Assembly (NCBI GenBank): GCA_030324005.1
Contig: JARDVH010000163.1
Location: 102,280,957-102,344,956 of the forward strand
Source: Negaprion brevirostris
Taxonomy: Eukaryota
Length of the DNA: 64,000 bases
Reading direction: 5' to 3'
The translations under genes were made by a program, and so were the position numbers. Below, piece after piece: positions 39,237-52,569 of the stretch (positions are counted from its first letter, which is position 1; each line of letters starts with the position of its first letter). Under the pieces are notes generated by a model. It saw nothing but the letters and a program-made list of their open reading frames with translations. It did not search any database and was not told where the DNA came from.

Positions 39237-39587
39237 TCATGATGTGGAGATGCCGGCGTTGGACTGGGGTAAACACAGTAAGAAGTCTCACAACACCAGG
39301 TTAAACTCCAACAAGTTTATTTGGTAGTAAATGCCACTAGNNNNNNNNNNNNNNNNNNNNNNNNNNNNNNNNNNNNNNNNNNNNNNNNNNNNNNNNNNNN
39401 NNNNNNNNNNNNNNNNNNNNNNNNNNNNNNNNNNNNNNNNTAGCTTTCGGAGTGCTGCTCCTTCGTTAGGTGAGTGGGGAGTTCTGAACTCCCCACTTAC
39501 CTGATGTGGGAGCAGTGCTCCGAAAGCTAGTGGCATTTACTACCAAATAAACTTGTTGGAGTTTAACCTGGTGTTGTGAGACTTCTT
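39237..39587. mobile_element. Fold-back (hairpin) Penelope-type element with 14-bp TSD
   Basis: Perfect 65-bp inverted arms 39276-39340 / 39527-39591; direct repeat ACTGACATGACTAG at 39223-39236 and 39588-39601; degenerate hammerhead cores in both arms. Confidence 0.8.
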
Positions 39588-39724
39588 ACTGACATGACTA
39601 GAAACAGACTTTAAAGGTGCACTCACTGCAGCCATTCAGATTTGGAGGATCTATGCATTATTGTCATTCATGAATTATAAAGATGAGCTTAGCTTCTTTC
39701 TGATTGCTGCTCCATCTTATTTTT

Positions 39725-41080
39725 ATAAGAAAATAAATCATAGGAGCAGGAATAGACCATGGTAGAATAGACCATGGTCTACAGTAGACCATTTAATTAG
39801 ATCATGGCCCTTTCTTGCCTGTGCTCCAAAGTCCTTGACTCTCGTCAATCAAAATGCTGTCTAACTCAGCCTTGAATATATTCAATGACACAGCCTCCAC
39901 TGCTCTCTGTGGAACAGAATTCTAAATATTAATGTCCACCTGAGAGAGAAATTCCTTCTCAAATCCCTCTCAAATGGGAGACCATTCATTTTATAAAATA
40001 TGCCTCCTGGTTCCAGATTCCCCCATGAAAGGAAACCTCCTCTCAGTGTCTACCTGATCAAGTCCCTTCAGGATATTACATGTTTCAATAAGATCAGCTC
40101 TCATTCTTTGAAATGTCAATGCATATAGGTCCAACCCCTTTAACCTTTCCTCATAATGTGTGCTTTCCTCACCCCTTCATCCCAGGAATCAATCCAGTAA
40201 ACCTTCGTTGAATTGCATCCAAGGATCATAAATTCCTTCTTAAATAAGACAATCAGAACAGTACACAGCACTCTAGGTGGTGCCTCACCAATGTTTTATT
40301 TGGTTGTTGCAAGATTTTCTGACTTTAATACTCCATTCCCCTTGCAATAAAGACCAATATTCTATTTGCTTTCCTAATTACTTGCTGTATTTACATGNNN
40401 NNNNNNNNNNNNNNNNNNNNNNNNNNNNNNNNNNNNNNNNNNNNNNNNNNNNNNNNNNNNNNNNNNNNNNNNNNNNNNNNNNNNNNNNNNNNNNNNNATA
40501 TTCTATTTGCTTTCCTAATTACTTGCTGTATTTACATGCTGATTTTTTCTGAATCATGCACAAGGATACCTACATTGGGGCTGAGTGCACATCTGTGCAG
40601 ACTAGAATCACACATCACCCCCCAACATGAAATTGACATATCTTCTATGCCAGAGGATTTCAAAGGGATCTTCTCACATGTTCAGCTTCTGACAGTGAGA
40701 AAGGAAAATCTTCATTGCAAGATGAAGTGCTGCAATGATTCAAAGGCCTGCTAGATGACCAGGAGGCATGCAGATTAAAGAGACCGGGCCATTGGCTTCA
40801 TTAGCATTTTTCAGGTGGATAAATCCCACCTGACAGATGCTGAGCGGGAAACACTCTCGTTTTCACAGCAGCATGGGCCCTTAGCCTCAAAATGAGAGAA
40901 TTCAGCCTTACATGTATTGGTTTTCCTTCATCCATCCTGTTTGCTATAGTTTCAAAGAATGTTAATAAGTTTGCCAAACATGATTTCCCTTTTAGAAAGC
41001 CATGTTGACTATGCCTGATTGCTTCCTCATTTTCTAAATGTCCTGTTACTACCTCCTTAACAGTGAATTCCAGCATTTCC
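39725..41080 (-). mobile_element. CR1 LINE fragments (39725-40570 and 40908-41080) separated by another repeat
   Basis: 3' end cataggagcaggaatag; ORF IRHSQHGFLKGKSCLANLLTFFE. Confidence 0.8.
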
Positions 41081-41084
41081 TAAT

Positions 41085-41470
41085 TCCATTGGAACAACAT
41101 GGCTACAGTACAGAATGCATTACAACAACTCACTAAGGCTTTCGACATAAGAAATAGGAACAGGAGAAGGTTATTGCATCTACTGAGCTTCAATAGCACC
41201 TGCTAAACCCACGACCTCCACCACCTCGAAGATCAAGAGTAGCAAATAAATAGGAAGATGACCACTTCCAAGTTCCTCTCCAAGTTACGCACCTCTCTGG
41301 TTTGAATATATCTCTTTGTTGTCAGCAGATAAAATTCTGAAACTGTAAGAGTGCCTTTGCCACATGAACTGCATAGGATCAAGATGGTCATCAGCCACCT
41401 TCTTCCCATGGACAACTAGGTATAGGAAATACATTCTGGCCTTGCTAGAGATACTCAAATTTCAAGAAGA
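41085..41470 (+). mobile_element. Non-LTR retrotransposon 3' end (26645 family)
   Basis: caactcactaaggct..ccacctcgaagatcaag..accacttccaagttcctctccaag..cagccaccttct..caactagg. Confidence 0.6.
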
Positions 41471-44400
41471 AAGAAGACATTGACCCAGACCTTCTGATCT
41501 CTGGTTGGTTATATCACAGAGGTACCCCCTAAGGTGCATTCAGGAACCACTTGGAAACAGGAATTACCCAGGAAGTTTGGACTTCCAAGTGCACCTGGAA
41601 CCTCCCAAAATCAGATAGTTACTGATGAAATGTTAGAAGGATTAAAACCAGTTCTAACTACTAGATACAACTGAGCTCCCCCACCTGCCACGCACTCCCC
41701 CAAACTCCCCACTGGACACACTGATTACCCCTCCCCTGACCACCCATCTACTCCCTGCCAAACTGACTACCCTTTGACCTGGCTGCCCCAACCCAACTAT
41801 TCCCAATTGCTTGACTACATCCCTGTCCTGACTACCCCCAATATCCTCTTATTGTCCTCTCACCAATCACCGACTTACCTGATTCCCTGACCCACCCATC
41901 TGCCACCCTGCCCCCTCACCCACTTGCCTGCCATCCTTCTCAATCATCCACTTATCTTAAACGCTTACCTTCTCTCCATAGCTTTTTAAAGTGGCTCTTG
42001 TCCCTTTACACTTACTGGAAGGCAGCAGCTAGTGCTGTAACTGGGGGCACAACTTGGCTCCCCTCAGCTTTCCTACATCACAGGAAGGACTCTGAGCACA
42101 AAGGCCTGATTTGGAAATCGAGGTGGGAAATGTGGAGTTTGGGGGCAAATTAAGTAAATAGGAGTGGAGTGACAACCCTACAATGACTGGCATTTCTCGC
42201 AAGATTTGACCCAGTATTAAATAATCACAGGCCTACTTTCTGGGTGAGTTTTAAAATAATTTTCTAATTACTGACCCACCCCAAAACCCAGAATTAAAAT
42301 CAAAGCCTAAGACCCTAAGGTTTGTATCAGGCCTTTGCTGGGCATAAGCAAGCTGGGCAATGGAAAGGAGGGGCACAGGCTGGCATTGCTAGATTGCCAA
42401 TGCCCAGGGGGCATGCCCCACCACCTGACCCTCTGAGTGGCCCTGATTGCCTCCTTCACTTCAGCAGGATCAGACTTGTGGCTCACCGTTAGTGAGGAGG
42501 TACTCTAAACACTGCTGGAAGGAACCACTCTGACAGGAAAGGGAGATGCTAGCACGCCTGGAAACTTAGTCCCAGGCCCGCTTATCATATTAAAATTGTA
42601 TTAAATTGACCATTTAATACAATGGCCACCCCACCAATTTCCAGTGCAGAGAAAATGCCATCGGAAATCCGGCATTGGGAAATGCTAGTGAGTGAGAACG
42701 CGCATGCGAACTCCGCGAATTGGTCGACGTGACAATCTNNNNNNNNNNCCACAGCATTAATTGCTTAGCACAGCGGGATAGATGAATCATGGCCTACATT
42801 AATGTTAGTTTAGAATAAACATAGATACAGTAATTCTTGAAGTAAATAGAAACATTTTCCTAAGATCAGCAGCAGAAGCTATTTACTTTGTATCTAGCTT
42901 GCAGGACTGGTAATTTCACTTTCACTTTCTAACAATGAACTAATAACATGGTTTCCACAAATGCTATTTCTTATGTATAGAAACAGTAAAGTATATTTTG
43001 TGTGCTAACTTCTATTTCTAACATTTCTATAGCTCAATGTACCTACTGAAATTGAAATTTTCATTGAGAATCATTAGGTAACTTTCCAATTTATTTAAGG
43101 ACAATTTGCTTTATCCACTTTCTTTCCATTTAAGTATAAACATAATGTTAGTGGACAAACAATTCATATTTGCGAGATTGGAGGCTATAGCAAAGCAAAA
43201 TTGATCAAAGATCAAACAGAATATGGATTAAGCAAAGCAATAAGTCATTCCCTAAATCATAAAAAGATTTCTAATTATTCCCAAAATTATTTCTCTGCAT
43301 ACATGACTGATCACATCTCATGCAGACTGTCTACATGAGCACGGAATCCAATATCTATGACCCTTTGAGGTTTGGCTAACAAGCAGTTTGCACACAAACT
43401 TGTTACCAAGCAGCTGGTAAGCAATATGCTGAAAATTAATGGCATGAATTATAAATAATACAAGTAAAAAACAACGTCAAACTTTTCAAGAGCTTTGGAA
43501 AGGCACACTGGGATTCTTAGTTGAAGAATTAAAATTTACATGAAACATTTGACTTTCGTAAAGGACTGCAGAGTTCATGGACCTTTGATCTCCCTTCCAG
43601 ATCAAGGGAGACGAGTATTGGTAAGGAAAATAAAGCATACCCTACAAAGTTTGCCAGTGGACTGCAACATCTACAGTAGCTGTGAAGAAGTTTAATGAGT
43701 GCCACAATAACAAGTTTAAATCATAAGCTGATTACTTCTAATTTTAATAAATTATCCTTTCCCTCTAAATTTTAAAAATGATTGTTAAGTCTTCAAATGA
43801 ACCAAAGTCCCTGTGGAGTAAGGCAGTTTCTGAGATACTGTAACCGAGATTTATTTTTGTGAAATAGAATCAACTGGGCTGAATAGTAAAGATATAGGAT
43901 GCAAAGGAGTTCTGCTTGATTACCCTTGGAAATCCATTGAAGTTTTCCCTCAGAAGATTAAATAAATGGGAGAATGTAGAAGGTACACAGGTAGTAGATG
44001 AAGTGGATTTTTGGCTGAAACCAAGAAATGGAGGACTGCAATTTAGCCACAGTTTATCAAAGAAACAAACATTTCAGTTATTAAAATGATTATCTTTCAG
44101 CAAACAAGTATTTGCTATTACCATGCTCTGATCTTTTGTACCACAAATGTTGAACTAACTGTAACTTACGCAATCTCACAAATATATTTTCTTAATGATT
44201 CACCCTCATTTCAAGTTTACCAGAAATATACGCACAATTAAATCCAATATTCATAAACTGCTAATATTCTACAAAATAATCCACAGACAAAATCATTAGC
44301 ATTCCACAGATAGTTAGCCTCCAGCTTTCCTAAAGCAGAGTGCCCAGTTTAATAAGCCTCGAACCAGTCTATTCATCCATATGGGACCAATATTGTCCAG

Positions 44401-45199
44401 GGTCTCATCAGCACATAGACAATGCAACTGCCACATATGGGGTAAAGGAAGTTACCAATGGAAATCACCAATAAAGATACATCTAGATATATCAACTACA
44501 GAGACTAATTTCCAAATGTCTACTTAATCCCTTGAGTGTTCTTTGTGTGAAATTGGAAATGCAACAATGAAGCATGCAAAAATACTCTTCAAAAATTAGA
44601 TTAGAATTTTGATTTGCAAAGGCAATAAAGAATTAGTTAATCTTTCAGTTTTTGTGACGTGTACAGCCGCAATCGTATGGAACTGTTCCCTTTCTGGGAT
44701 ATTTCCTTGTAGTATCTGTGCATTAGAAATCAGTAAAATCGATGCTTTGCTTTGTTCGGTTAAAACATATTTCAAAAACTGAGCACTGCAAGCACATTCT
44801 AGCTGAGATGAATATCATGTTATTGGGCACTGCTTCTGACAAATCATAGAAATTTGAAAAGATACTTTTGTTATTGTATTGGGAGATTTCAGGGAAGGTT
44901 TTAATCCTGATATTGTCAGAAGCTATCCGATCTGATAACTCAACATGATGGCTCCTATACAGAAAACCAAGAAAATATGCTCAGCAGTATACATATCAGG
45001 GCTAGTATTCATTTTTAGTGAGCTGTAAAAAAAAACTTCTATCTGGCTGTGTCATGTTGAATGTGACTTGTATCTTCTCTATGCAAACAACACTGGAAAT
45101 TTTTACAATCGCCTTTCTGTAGGATCTCTCTATCAGGGTGATTTTGTCTGATATTTCACCGTATGACAAATTTAAAGTCATCACGCATATTACTTCTGA

Positions 45200-45435
45200 A
45201 CGTAAGAGAAGTCAACCATGGCTTGGTTGGAGCATTCTCATCTCCAATATTTATTTCTCAACCAGCACCCTAAAACAAATAATCTGGTCATCATCTCATT
45301 GCTGTTTGTGGGACTTTGTTGCATAGAAATTAGCTGTTGCGTTTCCTACATTCTAATTGTGGTTAGACCACAAAACTATTTAATTGGCTGTAAAGCACTT
45401 TGGGATGTCTGAGGTTGCAAAAGGTGCTATAGTTC
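45200..45435 (+). mobile_element. Deu-domain SINE 3' fragment
   Basis: atctggtcatcatctcattgctgtttgtggga..attggctgtaaagcactttgggatgtctgaggttgcaaaaggtgctata; similar to 11450-11760. Confidence 0.65.
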
Positions 45436-47179
45436 AAATCTCCAAAGTACAATCATTTCATAAGGATGCTTCACACAAAATTAGATAGATCAGTTATAAT
45501 TTTTGCTATAGTAATTGTACTCAGAATTAAATAGAGATTTAATTAAAAGGAAAAGCTAGAAATTATGAAAACTAACTCAGCACTGACTTTTACGAAACTT
45601 TGTCTACAGACTGAATCGGGTGCTAAATAATTTATGGCTGTGTGAGAGAATGCTGGAGGCCATGTTTGAACAATGAATGGGAGTACCTCATGTCATTTTA
45701 CTCCAGTGAAATGAGTGCAGAACAAATCTGATGTAACTCAATTAAACATTTCCACGTTCCCTGCATTCCCTTAAAAAACTGCCCTCCAGATGACACTGTA
45801 ATTGCTGAAACCTTTATGCCAAGCCATGATAATACACAGGAGTATTTAGAAACTGATTATCCATTATGTGACCTTTGACATGGATAGTTGAAGTTTGTGC
45901 TTTTGTATTTCTCATCAATGTAAAGAACATATGTTTGCTACACATAGTGATTTGTCGTGAGGATAACTACAATGCTATTCAGGCTTTTACTGTGGACAAT
46001 TATAACAGCACAAATTCTGCACAGGAACTGCTGATTTGAAACAGAATTGGTATTTTACTAGTGAAACCCTGAAAAAGTACAGAAACATTTTGAACCACAG
46101 ACACCAATTTGCACAATGAGTGGGTGAAAGGGGGAGCAAATTTGAGAGTTATTGTTTTCTGATGGGACTTTTGAAATTGTTTGAGCATTCAAATCTGCTT
46201 TGGAAAAGAGATGAGAAATTCTTTAGTCACATTAGCGATTTTACACAATCACTGAAGTGATGCCAGTTTTGAACTTTCTGGATTGGGAGATAAATATTTT
46301 ACTGGCCTTTTTACTTATGTGAAACTGATATTTTCATGTTTACAATTTTCTATGAAAATGTCAAAATCATGGAATATAGTTATCGTTTGAATCAAGTGAG
46401 CTGTTGAAAGCTTTAAAAAACCATTCTTGGATAAAATAAGATGGATATGTTTCTGTTGCGCAATACATGGGCACCTCTCAGCATTCCTTTTACTCATGGC
46501 AATGGCGTCTTCAATGCATCAGTAAAGTGTTTGGAAGATCTCAAGTTGATAAAAAGGTTTTTTTGTGCCTCTTTAATGAGCATCAGTCTCTTAATTCTGA
46601 AGACAGAACAGACTCCTTCAGATAAAGCCTACAGCAGGGGGCCAGTCACCATGACAACTTCAGTGAATCCTGAAAAGCTCACATTACCATTTGGGAAGCA
46701 GTTGCTAAAAGTTGCTGAGGAATCAATGCTTTGGTAGTACTGCGACATGTTTTCAATGCTTATTGAATGCTTACACTGTTATACCAATCGCTCAAGCACA
46801 GTAAAATACATGTCAGAAGCCTTATGTAAATCATGAAGCCAAGGCAGCAGAAAACATTGGTGACTAAACTGACAGCCCTAAAATGGATTCTGCAATCGCG
46901 ATGCGCATTTAACCTGTGCCCGTTGATTAAAATGCAGGCAGCATGTCAACTTCGTGCTGCCTGCTCATTTTAGTGGTTAGTGCGTGCAGCCAGCACAAAG
47001 CACGCTGTTTATTGGGTGCACGCAACAGCAGGGCATCTGAAATTATAACTTTCTAGCACTTCTTAAAGCAAGCCTGCACCCCTTAAAGAGCAAGTTGCAT
47101 TTGGCTGGAGCAGGAGCTGAAAGTTGTACTGGAAACAGTGAAGAATGGCACAAACTTCCAAGGTTTTCGGATGTCAATC

Positions 47180-48128
47180 CAATGTGGCTAACTGTGAATT
47201 ATACACTTTGGTGTGAAAAACAGAAAGGAAGAGTATTATTTAAATGTGATATATTGGGAAGTATACAAAGAGACCTAGGTGCCTTTGTACACCAGTCAAT
47301 GAAAGTGGAGAGGCAGCTGCAGCAAGCAATTAGGAAGGCAAATGCATCTCGGCCTTTTGGCTAAGATGTAAATGAGATCAAGCCTTGGAGAAGATGCAAT
47401 GCCTACTAGGAGGTGCGAGCCCTGTCTTGTCAGCTTAGATCAGGAATGTCTCACTTGTTGAGACTCTGAATTGGACTTGATTTGATTGAATTGGATTTAA
47501 AAAAATTAGGAAGGTAAATGGTATGTTAGACTTAATTTCTAGAGTTCAGAAATAGGGTTGTCTTATTGCAATTATACAGGGCCTTGGTGAGACAACACCT
47601 GGAACACTGCATGCAGGTTTGTTCTTCCTATGTAAGAAAACATATACTTGCTATATAGGGAGTGCAGCTGAAGTTCACTAGGCTGATACCAGGATTGATG
47701 GGACTGTCCAATGAGGGGAGATTGCTTCCACTGGGCTTGTATTCACTCGAGTTCAGAGGAATGAAAGGAGATATGATTAAAACATATCAGGACTGAGCAG
47801 ACAAGATGCGTGGAGGATGTTTTCTCTGGTTGGAGAATCTAAAAGCAGGGTACACAGTCTCAGGATATAGGGTAAACTATTTAGGACTGATATGAGGAAA
47901 AATGTCTTCACTCAAAGGGTAGTGAACCTGTGAATCCTCTATCACACCAGATTACGGAGGCCAAGTCACTGAATGTACTCAAGAAAGACAGGTAATTTTT
48001 TAGAACTTAAAGGCATCAAGGCGTATGGGCTGAAAGCAGGAATATGGCATTGAGATAGAGAATCATATTGAAAAGTGGAGCAAGCTTAAAGGGCTGAATG
48101 GCTATTCCTGTTCCTTGTTTCTATGTTT
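47180..48128 (+). mobile_element. CR1 LINE 3' portion, interrupted by the U2-headed insert
   Basis: QRDLG.FVHQS.KV..Q.QQAIRKANG.L, LY.ALVR.HLE; tail cttgtttctatgtt. Confidence 0.85.
47345..47503 (+). mobile_element. U2 snRNA-headed short retroposon (SINEU-like or U2 chimera)
   Basis: Starts with TCTCGGCCTTTTGGCTAAGAT (U2 5' stem-loop I), ends in (TTGAT/TTGGA)-rich repeats plus an A-run; TSD AATTAGGAAGGYAAATG at 47328-47344 and 47504-47520. Confidence 0.8.
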
Positions 48129-48129
48129 T

Positions 48130-48870
48130 TACGTATGGTGATGAAAATGTTCTGGGTAGTGTGAAATTTTTTTGTATTCTTTCACAAGCATAGTTGGCTG
48201 GACAAATATTTGCAGCCCATCCCTAACTGCTCTTGAGAAAGTGGTAGAGAGTTGCCTTTTGAACCATTGCAGGTCATATAATGCAGGGAATAGGACTCCA
48301 GGATTTTGATTCAGCAACAGTGAAGGAATGATGACGTAGCTCCAGGTCAAGATGGTACATTGCTTGGAGAGGAATTGCATGGAATGGTGTTCCCATTCAT
48401 TTGCTGCCCTTGATTCCTAGAGGTAGATTTGGAAGGTGCTATCAAAGGAGCCTTGGTAAGTTATTGTAGTGCATCTTGTGTATGGTACACACTGTTGCCA
48501 CTGTATATCTGTGGTGGAGGGAGTTAATATTTAGGTTGGTGGATGGGTGCCAATTAAGTGGCCTGCTTTGTCCTGAATGGTGTCAAGTTTCTTGAGTGTT
48601 GTTGGAGCTGCACTCATCCAGGCAGTGGACACTATTCCATTTCACTCCTGACTTGCATCTTGTAGGTGGTGGACAGGTTTTGGCAAGTCAAGAGGCAAGT
48701 TACTTGTCACAGATTTCCTAGTCTCTGACCTATTCTTGTCGTCACAATATTTGTATGTCTAGTCCAGTTCAGATTCTGATAAATCATAACTGCTAGGATA
48801 TTAAAACTGAGAGATTGGGTGATGGTAATGCTATTGAATGTCAAGTAGAAATTCTCCTTTATTGGAGACA
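48130..48870 (-). mobile_element. Non-LTR retrotransposon 3' portion (26645 family)
   Basis: gcccatccctaactgctcttgagaaagtgg..gtgttgttggagctgcactcatccaggca, shared with 37585-38570. Confidence 0.75.
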
Positions 48871-49479
48871 GTCATACTGATACACCTTACCTGCTGGAGA
48901 ACCGGAGTGCCTATCATCATCTGCTTTGGGGAAGGTCCGATCTATCAAGTGCTAATGTGGTCAGTGACAGACCTTCCTGGGATCAATGTCTCTGGGAGCG
49001 GAAATATCACATCCAAGAATTGCCGAAAATTCCAAGGCTGGCAGCTGTCCATTTCAAGCAGAACCAGCGCAGGCCCATCCTCTCCAGCCCTCCTCCAGAG
49101 CATGGAAGCAAAATAAGAGTCTGCTGCCCAATACTGGTTACTGATTGAATAGCATTAACAGCGGGATGGGGCCCTTCAGCGGGCATTAATTGCCTGCTAA
49201 GANNNNNNNNNNNNNNNNNNNNNNNNNNNNNNNNNNNNNNNNNNNNNNNNNNNNNNNNNNNNNNNNNNNNNNNNNNNNNNNNNNNNNNNNNNNNNNNNNN
49301 NNNNNNNNNNNCACAACTAGTCTGTCTCCAAGAGTCAATGAAATGAGCATGAGAGAAGTCATGAAATTATGAATATTCTGTTGAACTTCACCAATAACAA
49401 TCAATTAATAAAACAATAAATGTAACAAATCCTGGAAATCAAACAGAATATGTTGGAAACATACATTATGAACCTAGGT

Positions 49480-50500
49480 GGTGGAAAGGAACAGAGGGAT
49501 CTTGGAGTACAAATACATAAAAATTGTGCCACAGGTTAGCAAGGTCATTAAAAAAAAATTGGCTTTACTTCCAAAGGGAAAGAACTGAACAATGTGGAAT
49601 AGGAAACATGTAAATATGTAATAATATGTAAATCTGTATCAAACCTTGGTTAGACCACACTTACAGATTACTGCATGTTGTGCCACACTAAGAAAGTCAT
49701 ACAGAGGCACAAGGATGTGGTTATATATATGGAAAGAATTGAAAGACTGAATTACTTTAGTCTTGAAAAAAGGCTAATAGGTGACCTACTAGAGACCTAT
49801 CAAATTATCGAGATTTTGCTGGAGTGGATACAGAGGGAATGTTTCCTCTTTTGGGGAAGAGTTAAATGAGAGTCCATCAATATTTCATTGCCACCAAGAA
49901 CTCCAGTAGGCACTTCAGAAGAAATCGTTTTACCCAAACAGTGGCGAGAATATAAAACTTGTTAGTACAGGGAGTAGTTGAAGCGAATGGTATTGATGCA
50001 TTTAAGGGGAAGCTAGACAAATATGAGGAGCGAAGGTGAACAAGGTTATGACAGGCTTATATAAGATAGACGTGGAGAAACTCTTCCCATTAACTGATTG
50101 TACAAGGACAAGGAGGGATTACAGACTTTGGGCAAGAGATTCAGGAGGAATGTTTTTATGCAGCACGTAATGATGTGGAACACACTGTCCATAAGGGTAG
50201 CGGATGCAAAAGTGATCAATAATTTCAAAAGGAAGTCGGATTGGCACTTGAAGGAAATAAATTTGCAGGGCTATGGAGATTGAGCGGGGACGTAGAGCTA
50301 ACTGTATTGCTCCGTGGGCAGCTGGCATGGACTTGTTGGACCAAATGGTTTCTTTCTGTGCTGTGAATGCTCTAAGGGAATAGAGGATTATAATGATAAA
50401 TTATGATGTGAGGAGCCTTGAGTGGAGTGTAAACACTAGCATAGATTGGTTGGGCTGCATGGCCTAATTCTGTGTTGCAGATGCTATATAATCCTATGTA
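49480..50500 (+). mobile_element. CR1 3' portion with a second CR1 3' end nested (about 50065-50375)
   Basis: EQRDLGVQIH, LVRPHL, FSLEKRL.GDL.E.Y; two separate 3' UTR ends. Confidence 0.8.
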
Positions 50501-51331
50501 ATATTTCAAAGAGAAAGGACAAGTTAATGTTTCACGTACATATATTTTGTCAGAATTTGTCAGCTCTGTGGAGAAACCAAGGTTAATTAACTCCCCTATG
50601 TGCTCGGATTAAACTCCTATCCCTGAAAGCCCAGCCCACTAATGCCTTCAACAGTATTGCTGTCCAGCTCAGACAGAATCATTTAAATCCAATTCAAACT
50701 ACACAAGCTAGCAGTTTCTTTGAGACTTGAGAGAACGTAAGCCAGAAAAAACAGTAATTGGTCCCTCTCAGCTAGACTGAACGTTCAGCCAGAAAGAAAA
50801 GAGAAAATAATTAGAAGGCAACAAAAGCTTGATGTTTTCTGAAATGGATTTATTACTCGAGAACATGTGCAACTGTGGAATCTTGGCAAAATCTCCTCAG
50901 TTATGGAAAAGAAAACCACACAAACACACGCCTCCATTAACATGAAGGCTGTTGTCATTCTATCCTCTTCAGTTTGTACCAACGCTTACATATCTTTGCC
51001 CTTGATTGCACAGACCTCTTCAAATGGAAATTTAGATCACACCCAGGATTATGGCACATTTAGACCTCAAGGTTGATTTCTAGGAACACAGAAACAGGTA
51101 TAGGCCAGTCCAAACTTGAGCCCCTTCCCTCTTTCAATTAAATCGTGGCTGATATGCAACTTAAACTCAATTAATCCACCTTGGTTCCATAACTATCACC
51201 AATCATTCACATGTTCTCCGCATCTAATTGGCTATGATGATTGCCTGCTTAAACACAGTTTGTTTCTGCCATTACATCTTTTGACACTCTTTTATCTTAA
51301 TCTTGGACAGGTCTTATCACCTTTTGACACA

Positions 51332-51458
51332 GGGCTGAATTTTACTGGCATGTCTGCCCGATGTTTGTATGATCCCGTCGGAGGCCAACGAGAATTTCAT
51401 GCTCTGAGCACCCACTGTCCCCAGAATCGGGGCGGACACGCAGGTAAAATTCCGGCCT
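51332..51458. mobile_element. Harbinger-type MITE
   Basis: Extended imperfect inverted termini GGGCTGAATTTTAC-TG-GCATGTCTGCCC / GGGCGGACACGCAGGTAAAATTCCGGCC. Confidence 0.65.
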
Positions 51459-52569
51459 CAATTTCCCCTATATGCTCAACTATGTAATGTAAAAATAAGA
51501 GGGATTGTAAAGTACAATTCTTCTGAAATGTTTTACTCACCATTTTCAGCAGCCCCAAGACCCATACTCTAACATTGGAAAGATGCAATGACTTTTAGTA
51601 TCATAAGAAATTAACTTTAAAGATTATTATTCTTGTCTTTAAATCCTCAAAGACAATACTTTATCTACCTGCATTCAAACATTTTTGTAACCAACACATA
51701 CCAATGTTCTGCTTACTCTGTTTCACTGTCGTTAGCAGCTCCTTCAGAAAATATGTAATCATCCTCTGGAACTGCTTCCCTCAACATTTTCAGCTTGCAG
51801 TCTGCTTCCAAAAATCACCTTAAAGACTAATCTCTATCTGTGCTTGAATTATCTCCACCCCTTCCCCAGTTTGGAATATGTCCTTTGTCGTCTGTCATCC
51901 TGCAAAGAGCAGTACAGGATTGCACACTGTTGCATTATTTCCATCCCTGCTGCTTTCAGTGCACTCTCTAAATGTAAACTTCTTAATATTTCCATTCATT
52001 TGCATATATATTTCAATGTTTGGATATTATATTTAGGGTGGTGCAGTACAGTCAGCCTGAATGAAAGGATATGAACACACAATTGCTTATCTGTAAGAAA
52101 TAATTACCCAGATTAAGGACAAGGTCAATATTTGCATACATCTCTAATCTGCTGTCATACACACGGTTAATTAATACTTTTACTTTGCAACATGACTGTA
52201 TGACCAGATATTTATCATAATAGCTACACAGTAAACTTCTAAACTTCAAAAAAGTACCAGAAAACAAAAACTGGTGTCAGGGAAGTAGAACATTTCTCCT
52301 TTATACATGGCAACACATGTACACAACGTACACAGAATGACAAAAGGTATTGTCATTGCATTAATGGGAGAATATTGAAGGACAGTTTTGGATTGGATGA
52401 TGGACGTGGCAGTAATTGAAATGTCTTAAAAATCTGAATGCTGACCTAAACCAACCTCTAACCCACCCAATTCTGGCTTTTACTGAGATGGGAAGGTAGA
52501 TGAACAACCATCCCATTCCAAGACTGCAAATCCTATTACTATTCTATTTTTCAAAGTGAGGATTGTCAT

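Noticed and set aside
40357-40538. Exact ~41-bp duplication around an N100 gap
   Set aside because: Same gap-flank overlap artefact
47345-47382. Functional U2 snRNA gene
   Set aside because: Only the 5' ~21-29 nt match; no branch-point-pairing GTAGTA, Sm site or 3' stem-loops
50989-51016. Minus-strand 28-nt segment reading (R)GLCNQGQRY before gtaagc, reminiscent of the mammalian RGCNK exon
   Set aside because: Not phase-symmetric (would frameshift), weak acceptor, and similarity too short to be meaningful
51541-51568. Strong donor AAAATG|gtgagt with a nearby acceptor
   Set aside because: 28 nt and frame-incompatible with the phase-2 host intron; no supporting evidence
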